Source of the DNA: Paraspadella gotoi
Taxonomy: Eukaryota; Animalia; Chaetognatha
Reading direction: 5' to 3'
Length of the DNA: 64,000 nucleotides
Assembly: GCA_051294375.1 (NCBI GenBank)
Contig: CM119265.1
Coordinates: forward strand, 14,794,963 to 14,858,962
In this document: one piece after another, positions 1 to 10,345 of the stretch
Position numbering within the stretch: the stretch's first letter is position 1
How the letters are laid out: each line of letters starts with the position of its first letter
Notes under the pieces: model-generated
Database searches by the model: none
What the model saw: only the letters and a program-made list of their open reading frames with translations
Told to the model about the DNA's origin: nothing
Made by a program: the position numbers and the translations under genes

Positions 1-1129
1 TTTGCTTTACATGTCGCTTGAATCCGAATTTTTGAATTTCGTCAATTTTTCTCGGTTCTCGTCTAATCTATAAACAAATAAAACAAAACTCAAAGAATTA
101 GAATCTAAAAAAATAATTACAACGTTATAACATAAGATTATCATTGAAAAGGTAAATAATATATGAACCGACAAATGACAATATTACAATCCGACATTAA
201 ACATCTCTAACGGAAGAAATTTTACGTAACAATAAACTTATTTCAGGCCAAACTAAACTAAAATACAAAGCATTAATAGAACGCGAAATATAATTGTGAA
301 ATTCACACGAACTATTTTAAAAACAAAACAAATAAACAAAAAGCAAAAAAACGTTAACCTGATTCGTCTTTTTAATTTTCTTCCGTCGTCGGAATTTCAT
401 TCTCCATCCGCCACAAGAAGGACAAAGGTTCGCCATTCGCTGTGGAATGAATGAGGAATTCATTAATTAATTAATGAATGATTGATTTATTCAATGATTA
501 TTCAATGATTTGATTGATCGATTGATTGATTTTAGTGATTGGTTGGTTGGTGTTATTTATTTTTTATTTATTTATTTTTATTTATTTTTTTATTTTATTT
601 TATTTATTTATTTATATTTTTTTAAATTTATTTATTTATTTTAATTATTTATTTTTTATTTATTCATGATTTATTGATTAGATTTATTGATTTGATTTAT
701 TGATTTATAATTGATTTCTTGATTTATTAATTGATTTATTGACTATTGATTTTTGATTTATGAATATATTGATTTATGATTCATTGATTCATTGATTTAT
801 TAATTTATTAATTTATTCAATTTATTGACTTATTGATTTATTGATATTGATTTATGACTTATGATTTATGATTCATTGATCATTAATTTATTAATTTATT
901 GACTTATTGATTTATTGTATTCTTGATTATTGATTTTTTTATTCTTTTTAATTACCCCATTTGTTTATTTGATTAAATAATTGAGAAAACGACTCATTTT
1001 TTGTGTTGCGCGCATGTACTTTTCTTTTTACTTATCATTAAAAACAAAAGGCGACGCCAGTAGTGCTTAGATTTGATTTAACAAGATGACAACTATCTAT
1101 AAGCAAGTTATAAGCGTTTTAACGTAAGT

Positions 1130-1243
1130 GGACAGACAGACGGACCGACCGACGGACGCGACCGAACGGACAGACAGACGGACCGACCGACGGACCGACC
1201 ACGAAAAGTGACTTACAGAGTACTCGGCGCGCAAACTAAAAAA
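1130..1243 (-). mobile_element. HINE/DINE-1-like element end (GACG/GACA microsatellite, hairpin, A run)
   Basis: gacagacagacggaccgacc...aaagtgacttacagagt...actaaaaaa resembles the ends of the HINE copies at 19.9-23 kb. Confidence 0.5.
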
Positions 1244-1509
1244 TAAGTGAATTATGGGCCTTAATGACCCCATTTATAATAAAGGAACGCTCCTGTAATT
1301 TCGCTGAGAAAGATAATTTTAAATGCAATACAAATACAAAACAAGAAAATAACCTCACTACTCCCTCTCCCACTTTCCACTCCCACTCCCTCCTCTCTCT
1401 CTCTCTCTCTCTCTCGGTCTCTCTCTCTCTTCTCTCTCTCTCTCACCCTGTCAATCGCGGTATCTCACTCTCTAGCTCTCTCTGTCTCTCTCTCTCTCTC
1501 TCTCTTCTC

Positions 1510-1541
<32 letters not shown>

Positions 1542-1859
1542 TCTCTCTCTCTCACCCTGTCAATCGGCGTATCTCACTCTCTATCTCTTTCTCTCCCCCG
1601 TCTTCCTCCGGAAACGGCGCCCTGCAAATGTGTGCAGAGATCAGCTGTGAGTTCGACGCTTTTATCCATCGCGACCTCGAAGCCAGACGCCTTGACGGTG
1701 GCGAGGAGAGAATCGAACGGGACGTGGATGTGAAGGGGTCACGGATGGTTGGACGGAAAAATGAGGGATGTGGAAGGGGTCAGAGATAATTGGGGAAAGA
1801 AAGAGGATGTGGAGGGGTCAAGGAAAGTTGGACGAGAAATGAGGGATGTTGAAGGGGTC

Positions 1860-1893
<34 letters not shown>

Positions 1894-2139
1894 AATAGCA
1901 GTCAGGTCTCATTTCTTTGTTTAAAAATCACTTTTTTTTCTGTTTATCCGGTCACTTTCCGTCCCATACACTCATCCCTTTCCTCCCCTTCCCCTCCCCT
2001 TCCCCTTTCCACTAGCCTTCCCCTCCCCAGTCCCAGTCCCCACTCACCCTTTCCTTCTTCCCGATCGATTTAATGACAACAACAACAGTAAATCTTCTCG
2101 TTTTTTCCGACTCGTTTTTTTTCGAAAAACGAAGTTCGG

Positions 2140-2472
2140 CAATAACGAGCGAATCTCGTTGGAAGCGGAGGTGCCATCGGCGCTTGCAATGAACGGCGCG
2201 TTGCGGACCCGATCTCGGCCGAATGCGAGCGGCGGATGCTGTTCTGGGGAGGGGGGGGGAGAAGAGAGGAGGAAAAGGGTCAATCTTGGAGCCAATCTAA
2301 GGTCTTTGGATATTTTGGTCAACTTTCTTGGGGTCAGGATGACCTCACCTGTTTGGGTCAGCTCTTTAGCCTCTTGGGGACAGCTGCCCGCTAGTCTGAT
2401 CAAGCGTCGACAACATTCTCTTCACCTTCAATTTCTTTTTCTCCTTTGGCCAATACCAAATGTGAGACGCGC
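2140..2472 (-). CDS. putative short exons of an unidentified gene
   Basis: GC-rich blocks with minus-strand ttttcag| acceptor (~2473), |gtgagg donor (~2348) and ccccag| acceptor (~2244); no recognisable protein. Confidence 0.25.
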
Positions 2473-2639
2473 CTGAAAATGAAGGGTTGGTTGGTTGTTT
2501 TGTTGTTTTGTTTTGTTTTGCCTTCGATCTGGTTGTTTCTGATGTTGTTTTGTTGTTATTTTGTATTCTTCTGTTTGTTTCGGCTATTTGTTTTTTCCAT
2601 CTCTCTCTCAATCTCTCTCTCTGTGGTCATCTTCCATTC

Positions 2640-2885
2640 CAACTGGTTCCCCCCTTTTTCACTCCCTCTCTACTTCCACCTGGTTCCCCTCTTTCACTCC
2701 CTCTCTATATTTCACCTGGTTCCCCTCTTACACTCCTTTTCTACCTTTCACCTGGTTCCATCTTTCACTCCCTTTCTCTATATTTCACACTGGGTTCCCC
2801 TCTTACATCCCTTTCTACCTTTCACCTGTTCCCCTCTTTCACTCCCTCTCTATATTTCACCTGGTTCCCTCTTTCACTCCCTCTT
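2640..2885. repeat. ~36-bp minisatellite (cacctggttcccctctttcactccctctctatattt)
   Basis: about 7 imperfect tandem copies. Confidence 0.85.
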
Positions 2886-3258
2886 TCCCATCAAATTCTC
2901 TTCTCTCTTTTTTCTCCTCAGATTTCATCGTCTGGAAATAAGATTCGATTTCTTTTCGTCGCGAAGAAAAAGAGATCGATTACTGCTGCTGCAGCTGCTT
3001 TTGTGTTGTTGTTGTCGTCGTCTTCGTCGTCGTTTACGTTTTTTACTATGACTGAACAATACTGCATATTTATAGCAAAGAAAAGACTGTAATGGTAATC
3101 AAAATATAAATGTCAGTCTTTCGCTTTTTCAAAAAACTGATAAATATTTAACTATTATTAAAACAGAGCTGTTTTAAATATTTGAATAAAATTTACAAAA
3201 ATATTTTAGAAAAAAAATCTTAAGAGAACTCGAAAATGTTTTATTGACAAATTTTGCC

Positions 3259-3385
3259 TTTAAAGGTTGACGCTTATTACTTTAAAGGTTGACGCTTATT
3301 ACTTTAAAGGTTGACGCTTATTACTTTTAAAGGTTGACGCTTATTACTTTAAAGCGATGCTTATTACTTTAAAGTTGATGCTTAT
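3259..3385. repeat. 22-bp minisatellite (tttaaaggttgacgcttattac)
   Basis: 4 near-perfect plus 2 degenerate head-to-tail copies. Confidence 0.9.
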
Positions 3386-3449
3386 ACTATATCTCGAAAA
3401 CCATTGTAGAATCAAAATAAGTTGTTTGTATGTGAATTTTGACATCGTC

Positions 3450-3490
<41 letters not shown>

Positions 3491-3986
3491 TAACTAATAT
3501 GGGTCTTGTCATGTTATAATGAAAAGAAATGTTAGGGGTTTTAGGGTTTAAGCTATGTTTTGGGATTAAGGTTAAATATAGTTTTATAAATTGAGAAATA
3601 CATGGTGACATTTTACAAGCGCCGTAGAAATATGCTGTTCATTTGCAAACCAGTGGTTATTTCATTGATTTTAAAAAATAGTTGAGTAGAAAAATACTGT
3701 TACAGTTTTTATATTGATCAGTTAAGATATGCCTGACAATGAGTGAAGAAAGTTGGATTTTCAAATCGGATTTCATTTTCCAACTCACTCTTTTTAAATT
3801 CAATTTTTTTGGGAACTTTAGCACTTTTTATTAAACAAAGTATTTATTAAAATATTAACAATATTAATATCCTCAAAAAGCCCTTAAAAAATACTAAAGC
3901 TCTAACATAAAAGTAGCTGCCCAGCCTTGGTTCAATTAAGAGTGTCAAAAGTTAAATATGTTAAAATTTTAATCTTTTTTCAAATA

Positions 3987-4264
3987 TGTGATAAGGCGCT
4001 ACGTGGGCTGAAAGATGACTGTCCGTTAACTTCTATAACGCCCTCTAGCAGCCATGAACGGGTCCCCTGGCTTGGAACCAGGCTGAGGGTTTGCCATGCC
4101 CCAAGGCGGCTTACGGCCGTCCTCATGCTTCCTGCAGGGTATTTACTGGTGGGATTGAACCCGGTACCTGTGGTGATGGCTGATGGCTTTACTCAATGAG
4201 CCAGGGTCACAACTGAAAAGTGTCATGATTCTAGGCGGGGTGACCTAGGCAATGCCCGACTACA
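3987..4264 (-). mobile_element. solo LTR of tRNA/twister TRIM family 1
   Basis: Reverse complement of the LTRs at 26061-26749; TGTAG...TCACA termini; 4-bp TSD AATA (3983-3986, 4265-4268). Confidence 0.92.
4058..4135 (-). ncRNA. twister-like ribozyme (P5 type), partly degenerate
   Basis: Minus strand GCAGG-AA-GCAT-GAGGA-CGGCCG-TAA-GCC-GC-P3-CCTG-GTTCCAAGC-CAGG-GGA-CCCGT; mismatches in P2 and P5. Confidence 0.6.
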
Positions 4265-4274
4265 AATATATGAC

Positions 4275-4625
4275 CGTGTTTAAATATTATAACAAAAAAT
4301 ATCTATTATTGTATTAAGTATCATTTAAGGAAAAACTCATAGATTTCCAGGTTGAAATCAACTCGATTTTTATTCTGAGTAAATAAAGGTGACGGTGAGA
4401 CGCACGCAGGAGTCTGAATCAATTCTACTGAAACTAAGAGAGAACTCAAGCTATTTATAACAAAAGACAGGATCAGAGGCAAGAGTGATTTGACAATTCA
4501 ATTGTTCTGCAAGCTGATTGGTCGGGTCTGGTTCAGTCTCGGCCAATCAGCGTTCAATGGCGGGGGATCGGCCCGATCCTCTGATCCGTTTTGGATTTTG
4601 GCGAGATTGATCTCCTGCGATGTGA
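4275..4625 (-). mobile_element. probable 3' LTR of the truncated Ty3/gypsy element (left end uncertain)
   Basis: PPT AGGAGAGGGGGGGGG on minus at 4626-4640; TATAAATA (~4452-4459) and AATAAA (~4369-4374) on minus; no partner LTR in the window. Confidence 0.6.
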
Positions 4626-5691
4626 CCCCCCCCCTCTCCTAAGAGCGCGGAAGGTCAGTTGACCGTGCGAGGTCTAGTTGAGATTTGTTGGGCTATGTCA
4701 AAAGACAGTTGCGAGGATTAACATCACGATGACGACCAAGATGATGATCAAGTGGGGCACGAGGTTTGTGAAGTCAGGTAGTCAGTTCCAGTTTGGCATT
4801 TTTTGAAGAGTTTCTTGATATTGGTGATTTTCTTCTGGCCTTACCCACCAGGTAAGGTGGAGTGAGGCTCGCTGCGGAGACTTCTTTTCTTCTGTCCTTA
4901 CCCGCCAGGTAAGGCGGAGTAAGGCTCGCTGGATTTCTCGTGCTCATTTCTCTTAGCCTTCACTTCGAATTTTCTTTTTAAGTCTGTGACAACTTTTTGA
5001 TGATCGCGAGAGTGAGGTCTTCTTTGAATGAGCTACGAAAATCAATTTCGTTGATTTCGCTGTTTGAAATCTTTGCTCGTGGCAAGGGTTTTTATCCTCG
5101 TTGGTCGGATCGGTGGTAAGGGTAAATTTTACCTTTTTTTTCTTTCTCGTCTGTGATAGGTTGATTTTCGGATCCGCGACATGGGTGAATTCGTTCGACT
5201 CCATGATTGGCTGGTGGAAAAAAAACTTGTTCCGTTTTTGGCTTTTCGCGATTTGTTTCTGTTTCGCGTCGTTTCTTTTTGAGTCTGGCGGCTGATTTGG
5301 TTTGTCATGATTCTTTTGTTTTCATTTGGCGTCGTTTCTTTTTCTGAAACTGATCTTGTTTCGGCGTTCTATTATTGATTAACGAAAGAAAGAAAGAAAA
5401 TTAAAGAAAGTTCTAGTGGCCAAATTATCAGTTTTATTTTTATTTCAGTGAGTGATTAGCTTGTTTGGTTGATTTAGTTATTAGTATTTATTTATTTAGT
5501 AAATTGAGATAGTTTGGGCTGAGCTTTAGTCACGAGTTGATTTCAATTATCCTAGGCACTTTGTTTGGTTTTTTTTCTTTTTTTTTTTTTTTTTGTTTAT
5601 TCACTACGGCTGTTTACGTCTTAAATTAGAGAATAATTTATTATGGCAATTTTTTAATGCATTAACTCGTCAGTCGGCGTGGGATGAAGTT

Positions 5692-7669
5692 TTAATCGCC
5701 GTCTGTGGTATTTCGCTCTCTGCCCGTTGATGCTGATGACGTATGGTTTCCATCTTTTTGAATGACTTGATGAGGCCCTGTGTAAATACGTTTGACCTTG
5801 TTCTCGGTGGGAGTTGCGCCTGTAGTGACGAGGTCACGTCTCGCTAAGACAAGGTCTCCTACTTTTATCTGATGTGGCTTCCTGTAAGGGTTGCGTCTGG
5901 AGCTCTGTCTGTAGAGATCCATCCTCTGTGCTGCGAGCTTCTTTTCGGCTTTTTCGCGTTTATCAGCTCTATTTCTCACGTAATCAACCAGGGATCTCTT
6001 AGTGTAATCGTCCGCGCTCTCGATGATCCTTGGTCTGTGCCCGTACTGGATTTCGTGAGGCGACATGTCGGTTTTCCAACCGATAATGGGTGTGGCGTTT
6101 AGGAGCAGCATTAATTGGGGAAGCATTTGTAACCATTGGTTAGGTTGGTCTTCAATTGCTTTGCGTAGGGCTTGCCTGATCCTGCCAATATCCCTCTCGG
6201 CCCTGTTGCTGTTCTTTCTCCCTACTAGCACCTTTCGACCGACCGTGTCCAAGAGATTTAAGATGGATTTCATTGCTGTTCCGTTGAGTTGTGTTGCGCC
6301 GTCAAAATTTACTTCGAGGTAAGATCCATGTAGCAGAAAAATGTTTTCATCTAAGGCTTTTACGATATTCTCCGCGTCAGCTCGTTTTAATGGGATCGCC
6401 CATGTATAGGCTGAAGCATTATCAGACGCGATGAGGGCGTACTTGTATCCAGAAACGGCGGGGAGGTGCATCACGTCGATGCACAGCGATTCCCATGGGG
6501 CGATAGCTAAGTTTGGAGCTGACGGCGTCTCATTGTTCTTTTGTTGATCGGTGGCCTTGGCGCAATTTTCACAATTTCTGACGACTTTTGCTGCCGCTGA
6601 TGTCAGACCCGGCGCTGAAACATATTGAGCTGTGATAAAAGCAGTTCTGTCTCGTCCGGGGTGACCGAAGTGTATGTGCAGCTTATGTGTTATTTCCTCT
6701 ATCCTTTCGGGAGGAATGACGAATCTATAAGTAGGAGTGTTGCCTTTGAACCCTCTAATGGTAAGGATGCCATCAGGCGTTATTTCCAAATCGTCAAGGC
6801 AGTTTGAGAGATAACTCTCGGCCGTGTTTTTTCTTTTTTCTTTCTTTTTTTCGAGTAAGTTTTTTGCTTTCTCTTTATCGCCTTTTTTTATTTGTGCGAT
6901 GACATCTTTGAAAACTTCATTTTCTTGTTGCCATCTTTTTATGTCTCGAGAGACTGGAATTAAACTAAAAACCTTTTTGTGTGGGTTTTTTATTTCTTCC
7001 TCAACCTCGTGGTGAGTAACATCAAGGCTCGCTTCCATGGCGCTATCGATTATTACTTCTACTTCTGATTTTTCAAATGTGTCACTCGCGACTGCGCTGT
7101 CTTTTGTGTTGTTCAACTGGATAGTGGTTCCATTTCCAAGGTTATATTTAATAAATCTGGTGGAGCTTCGTTTTCGTTTTCTGTTTTCTGTTATTAAAGC
7201 ATTGCCTTGCAATTCAAAAAAATTTGTCCTGAATGTCTTGGTTTCCTGTCCGAGCAATTGTGCCATTAGGGTCAGTGTAGGGGCATGACCTGTAATTAGG
7301 TCAAGGTGACCTGGGGCTTCGTCATTCCTGTGGATTTTCAGCATAACCGGGTTCGTAACTTCCATCAACTCAAATCCGGCGGGGAAAAAGGGTGTGTCTA
7401 GTGGCGTAATTGACCCTGCTCGGTGAAGCGAGTTAAGAAGTCGGCAGGGTTGTCTTCACTTTTTACCAGTAAACCACCTCTTGGTTGGCATTCCTGTTTT
7501 ATTTCTGTAATCCATCGTAAGACGTTAGTGGGAGCAGTTGCTGCTTATCATGCTGAAGATCCATGACCCTTTTGAAATATTGTGAGTCTGTTACCAAGGT
7601 GACTCGTCGACCCACGTGTAGCCTTTGTACTTTCTTACCATCATATTGAAAGCTAGGTTTCCAGAATAT
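5692..7669 (-). CDS. pol: Ty3/gypsy pol C-terminal part (frameshifted RNase H end + integrase), 5'-truncated
   Basis: HIHFGHPG...CENC zinc motif, CIDVMHLP/NFDGA/NRAERD DDE triad, YTGPHQV GPY/F-like motif; 7370-7669 aligns with the RNase H DNA at 12830-13120. Confidence 0.92.
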
Positions 7670-8107
7670 CGTGAGCGTTTTAGCTTAGTCTAATTCCATA
7701 AAATATAAGAAAGTTCGATGTCACAAAAGCGAGGTTTATTTTCAATTTCACATCAGCAAGAATAATAGGAGAAGTCAAAATTGCTCTTTCTTTTGTGAGC
7801 CTAGAAACTAGAATGTCTCACTCAAACAAAGTTTCTCTACTCTACTACAGTATTTGGTCCTTACCCCACCAAGTCCGGCCTTGTTCCATTGGCCCTTTTG
7901 CCAACCTCCCCAATCCTCTTCTTCCTTCCAATTGGCCCATGGCCTTTATTGCAGTCATAGAGTTTGGGTGAGGTCTTTGTTGTCCTGGTGAGGCGGGCCT
8001 CGGTTTCTGCTGGCTTGTGGTTCCGCCGAGAGTGGAGAGAGAGAGGGAGAGAGATGTAGGGGAGAGATGGCAGCTGGCTGCTGCATGCTCCTCGTGTTAC
8101 GTTTATG
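7670..8107 (-). repeat. 3' LTR
   Basis: Matches 18005-18446; immediately preceded on minus by PPT GGAGCGGGGAGG (8108-8119). Confidence 0.93.
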
Positions 8108-8157
8108 CCTCCCCGCTCCAGTCGGCGAAGACGGCGGGTTTATCCCGCCTTGCTGGC

Positions 8158-9997
8158 CTAGTTTGTTCCTGCGATGAAAGCATCAATTCGTTTATTGCCC
8201 CTCCGCTCCTCGGATTGCCGTCGCGCATGATAGTTGCAGCAGCAGAAGCAGAAGCAAGGTCCGATGGTGAGGAGAACTGCAGCTAGCGCGATGAGGGGGC
8301 GATCGTGTGAAAGTTGGTCCACCATTTTGTAGGCGGGAATCGCCAAAAATGGATTTGAAAAGCGAGGCTGGTGATCCGCGCGTGATTTCCCCCACGCGTT
8401 CGTTGAACTCTTGTGCTTCCCTGTATTTCCACGTGCATGTCCATGAACATGGCGACTCGTCGTAGAGGTCGATTTCTGTGGTCACGTGTCTTTTCTTAGT
8501 ACGAGGTTGATAGGGTCGAGTACTTCTTAAAAGGGCGTCGTCCTTGCGTCACGTAACCTTGGCCGATTTCGTAGATTGGTGGCGGGTCCATGGGGTTTCG
8601 TAGACGTGCTTACGACTGTTGGAAAATCCGTGGCGGAATGCTGCTCGACCCTGAAGCTATTGGTAGATCTTGCCACATTCTTTGTTTTTCTCTTAGGGCG
8701 AGGTCTTCTTGCAGTCTGCCGTGACGAGTACTCGCCCCTGAGGACCGCGATTTTTCCTCGGTCGACGAACGTTGTGGCGGCCGGCGATCTGTGCGCTTGC
8801 ATGGCGGCTGCGCGCGCTTCTTTGGCTCGGGTGACGCACAATTCGTGCCGCAGTGCATCCGTGAGTCGATTTAGGTTCCGTTGGTTTCTCTCGGCCAGTT
8901 TTGACGCTTCCTCTTTTAGCGCCTGCATGGCCGAGTCGTCTCTCTTTAGTCCCGCTGGGGTCGTCGCTGCGATGTAGAAGTGTGGCGATGTGGTTTTGCG
9001 GGCTAAGAAATCGCATCCTTTTATTCTCTCGGTTTCGCCCGTAAATCTGAGGACGAAAGAGATGTTTGCCTTTCCTCCGCAGATCTCGTTGCATCGCTGT
9101 AGTTGTGCGGGGCTTGCCTTTGCATAAATGGCGGCGCATTTTTTCCAGCAATTTCCGGCGAAATTTGCTTTGTCGGGATCTTTGCATTCGGGGATGGTCT
9201 TGTCCTTGCATCCGCCAAGTGTCGTCATTACGTCGACCTCGGTGATGGATCGGATGATGCCGTCTTTGGTCATGAACACGGCTCCTTCGAAAGCAATTAC
9301 CGCTCGACATTTTGGGTCAGTCCATGCGAGGACGCCTCCGGGAAAATGACAGCTTTGTTTCGCTGTGCTGCATCTTCCAGTTTTTGAGCGGATTTCGTCT
9401 GCGACTCTAATTTTGCGTTGATACAACGTTAGGTTTGAGACTAATTTTGCGTTTTCCGACTCGTAGGTGTGATCATGGAAACGAAACTTTTCTCCAGTGC
9501 AGTAGCCATCTGCGTCGTTGGTTCCGATGTGGTGGGTTATGATGTTTGTGCCGTCTCGTCCTTCCATTTCGATGGGAACAAGGATGCCAGTTTTGTCGCT
9601 TACCCTGATTGGTAGGCTTTGTAACTTGACTTTTTTTCCTTCGTGGAGATCTAGGCACGTTTCTCGCGGGAGTGAGAAGTGATCCACCACGTCGATGTTG
9701 GGATATGGGATATTCCATCGTCCGCAGATCTTTCCGGTGGCTACGATGGTTAGATCACAGCCTTTTGCGTTATGCTGCTCGTCATCAGGGATGAAAAGGA
9801 GACGCGTCCGGCCGTAATCTTCCTCTTTTTTTCCATCTTGTTCGCACGCGGCTTCGTTCAGCGTTGTCGCGGCGTGATTTTCAGTGGCGTTACAGTCAAA
9901 TACGTTTACTCGTCTTCCTAATGTGCTTTCGATGATCTCATCTTGAGTTAGTTGATTCGTTATTTTTGCTATTTCACAAACGTAGAGCATGGAGATA
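8158..9997 (-). CDS. env: env-like class III fusion glycoprotein (chuvirus G / herpesvirus gB-like), frameshifted in this assembly
   Basis: Cys pattern VFDC...AAC, GCDL...ICG, ETCLDLH, GYCTG, C...GVLAW...C, GCDFLARKTTSPHFYI, HELC, AVLRGE; C-terminal hydrophobic segment LIALAAVLLTIGPCFCFCCC; start hidden by an N gap. Confidence 0.75.
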
Positions 9998-10345
9998 NNN
10001 NNNNNNNNNNNNNNNNTTTTTTTTTTTTTTTTTTGTTTCGAGCTTCGATCGATCCTTTGTTTTCGAGTGAATGATTTCTTGTTCATGGGCCTCTCTCCTC
10101 TGATTTCTCGTCGTTCGTTTTGTCGTCGTCGCTTCCCGGTTTTTCTCTTTTTCTCGTTCTCTCGCTTGTTCTGCCTCTCCTCTCTCTCTTCCTTTGGTAC
10201 GAGGGGAAAGGCGACGACGATGATGACGACGACGATGGTCATATTTGGATTTTCGATGATGATTTCTATTTTACTTGCTAAGACTAATTGTTTATTTATT
10301 TACACTATTGCCTTTTTTCTTTTTTTTTTGTCGGAGCTTCGCCTG

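Noticed and set aside
1261-3092. Many ORFs rich in SL/RE/FF (also at 41-49 kb and 62 kb)
   Set aside because: Translations of GA/CT microsatellites and pyrimidine tracts
3259-3385. CRISPR-like regular repeats
   Set aside because: Head-to-tail with no unique spacers, eukaryotic context, no cas genes
10017-10242. Basic N-terminal extension of the env ORF
   Set aside because: Joined to env only through an N gap; low-complexity spacer between IN and env
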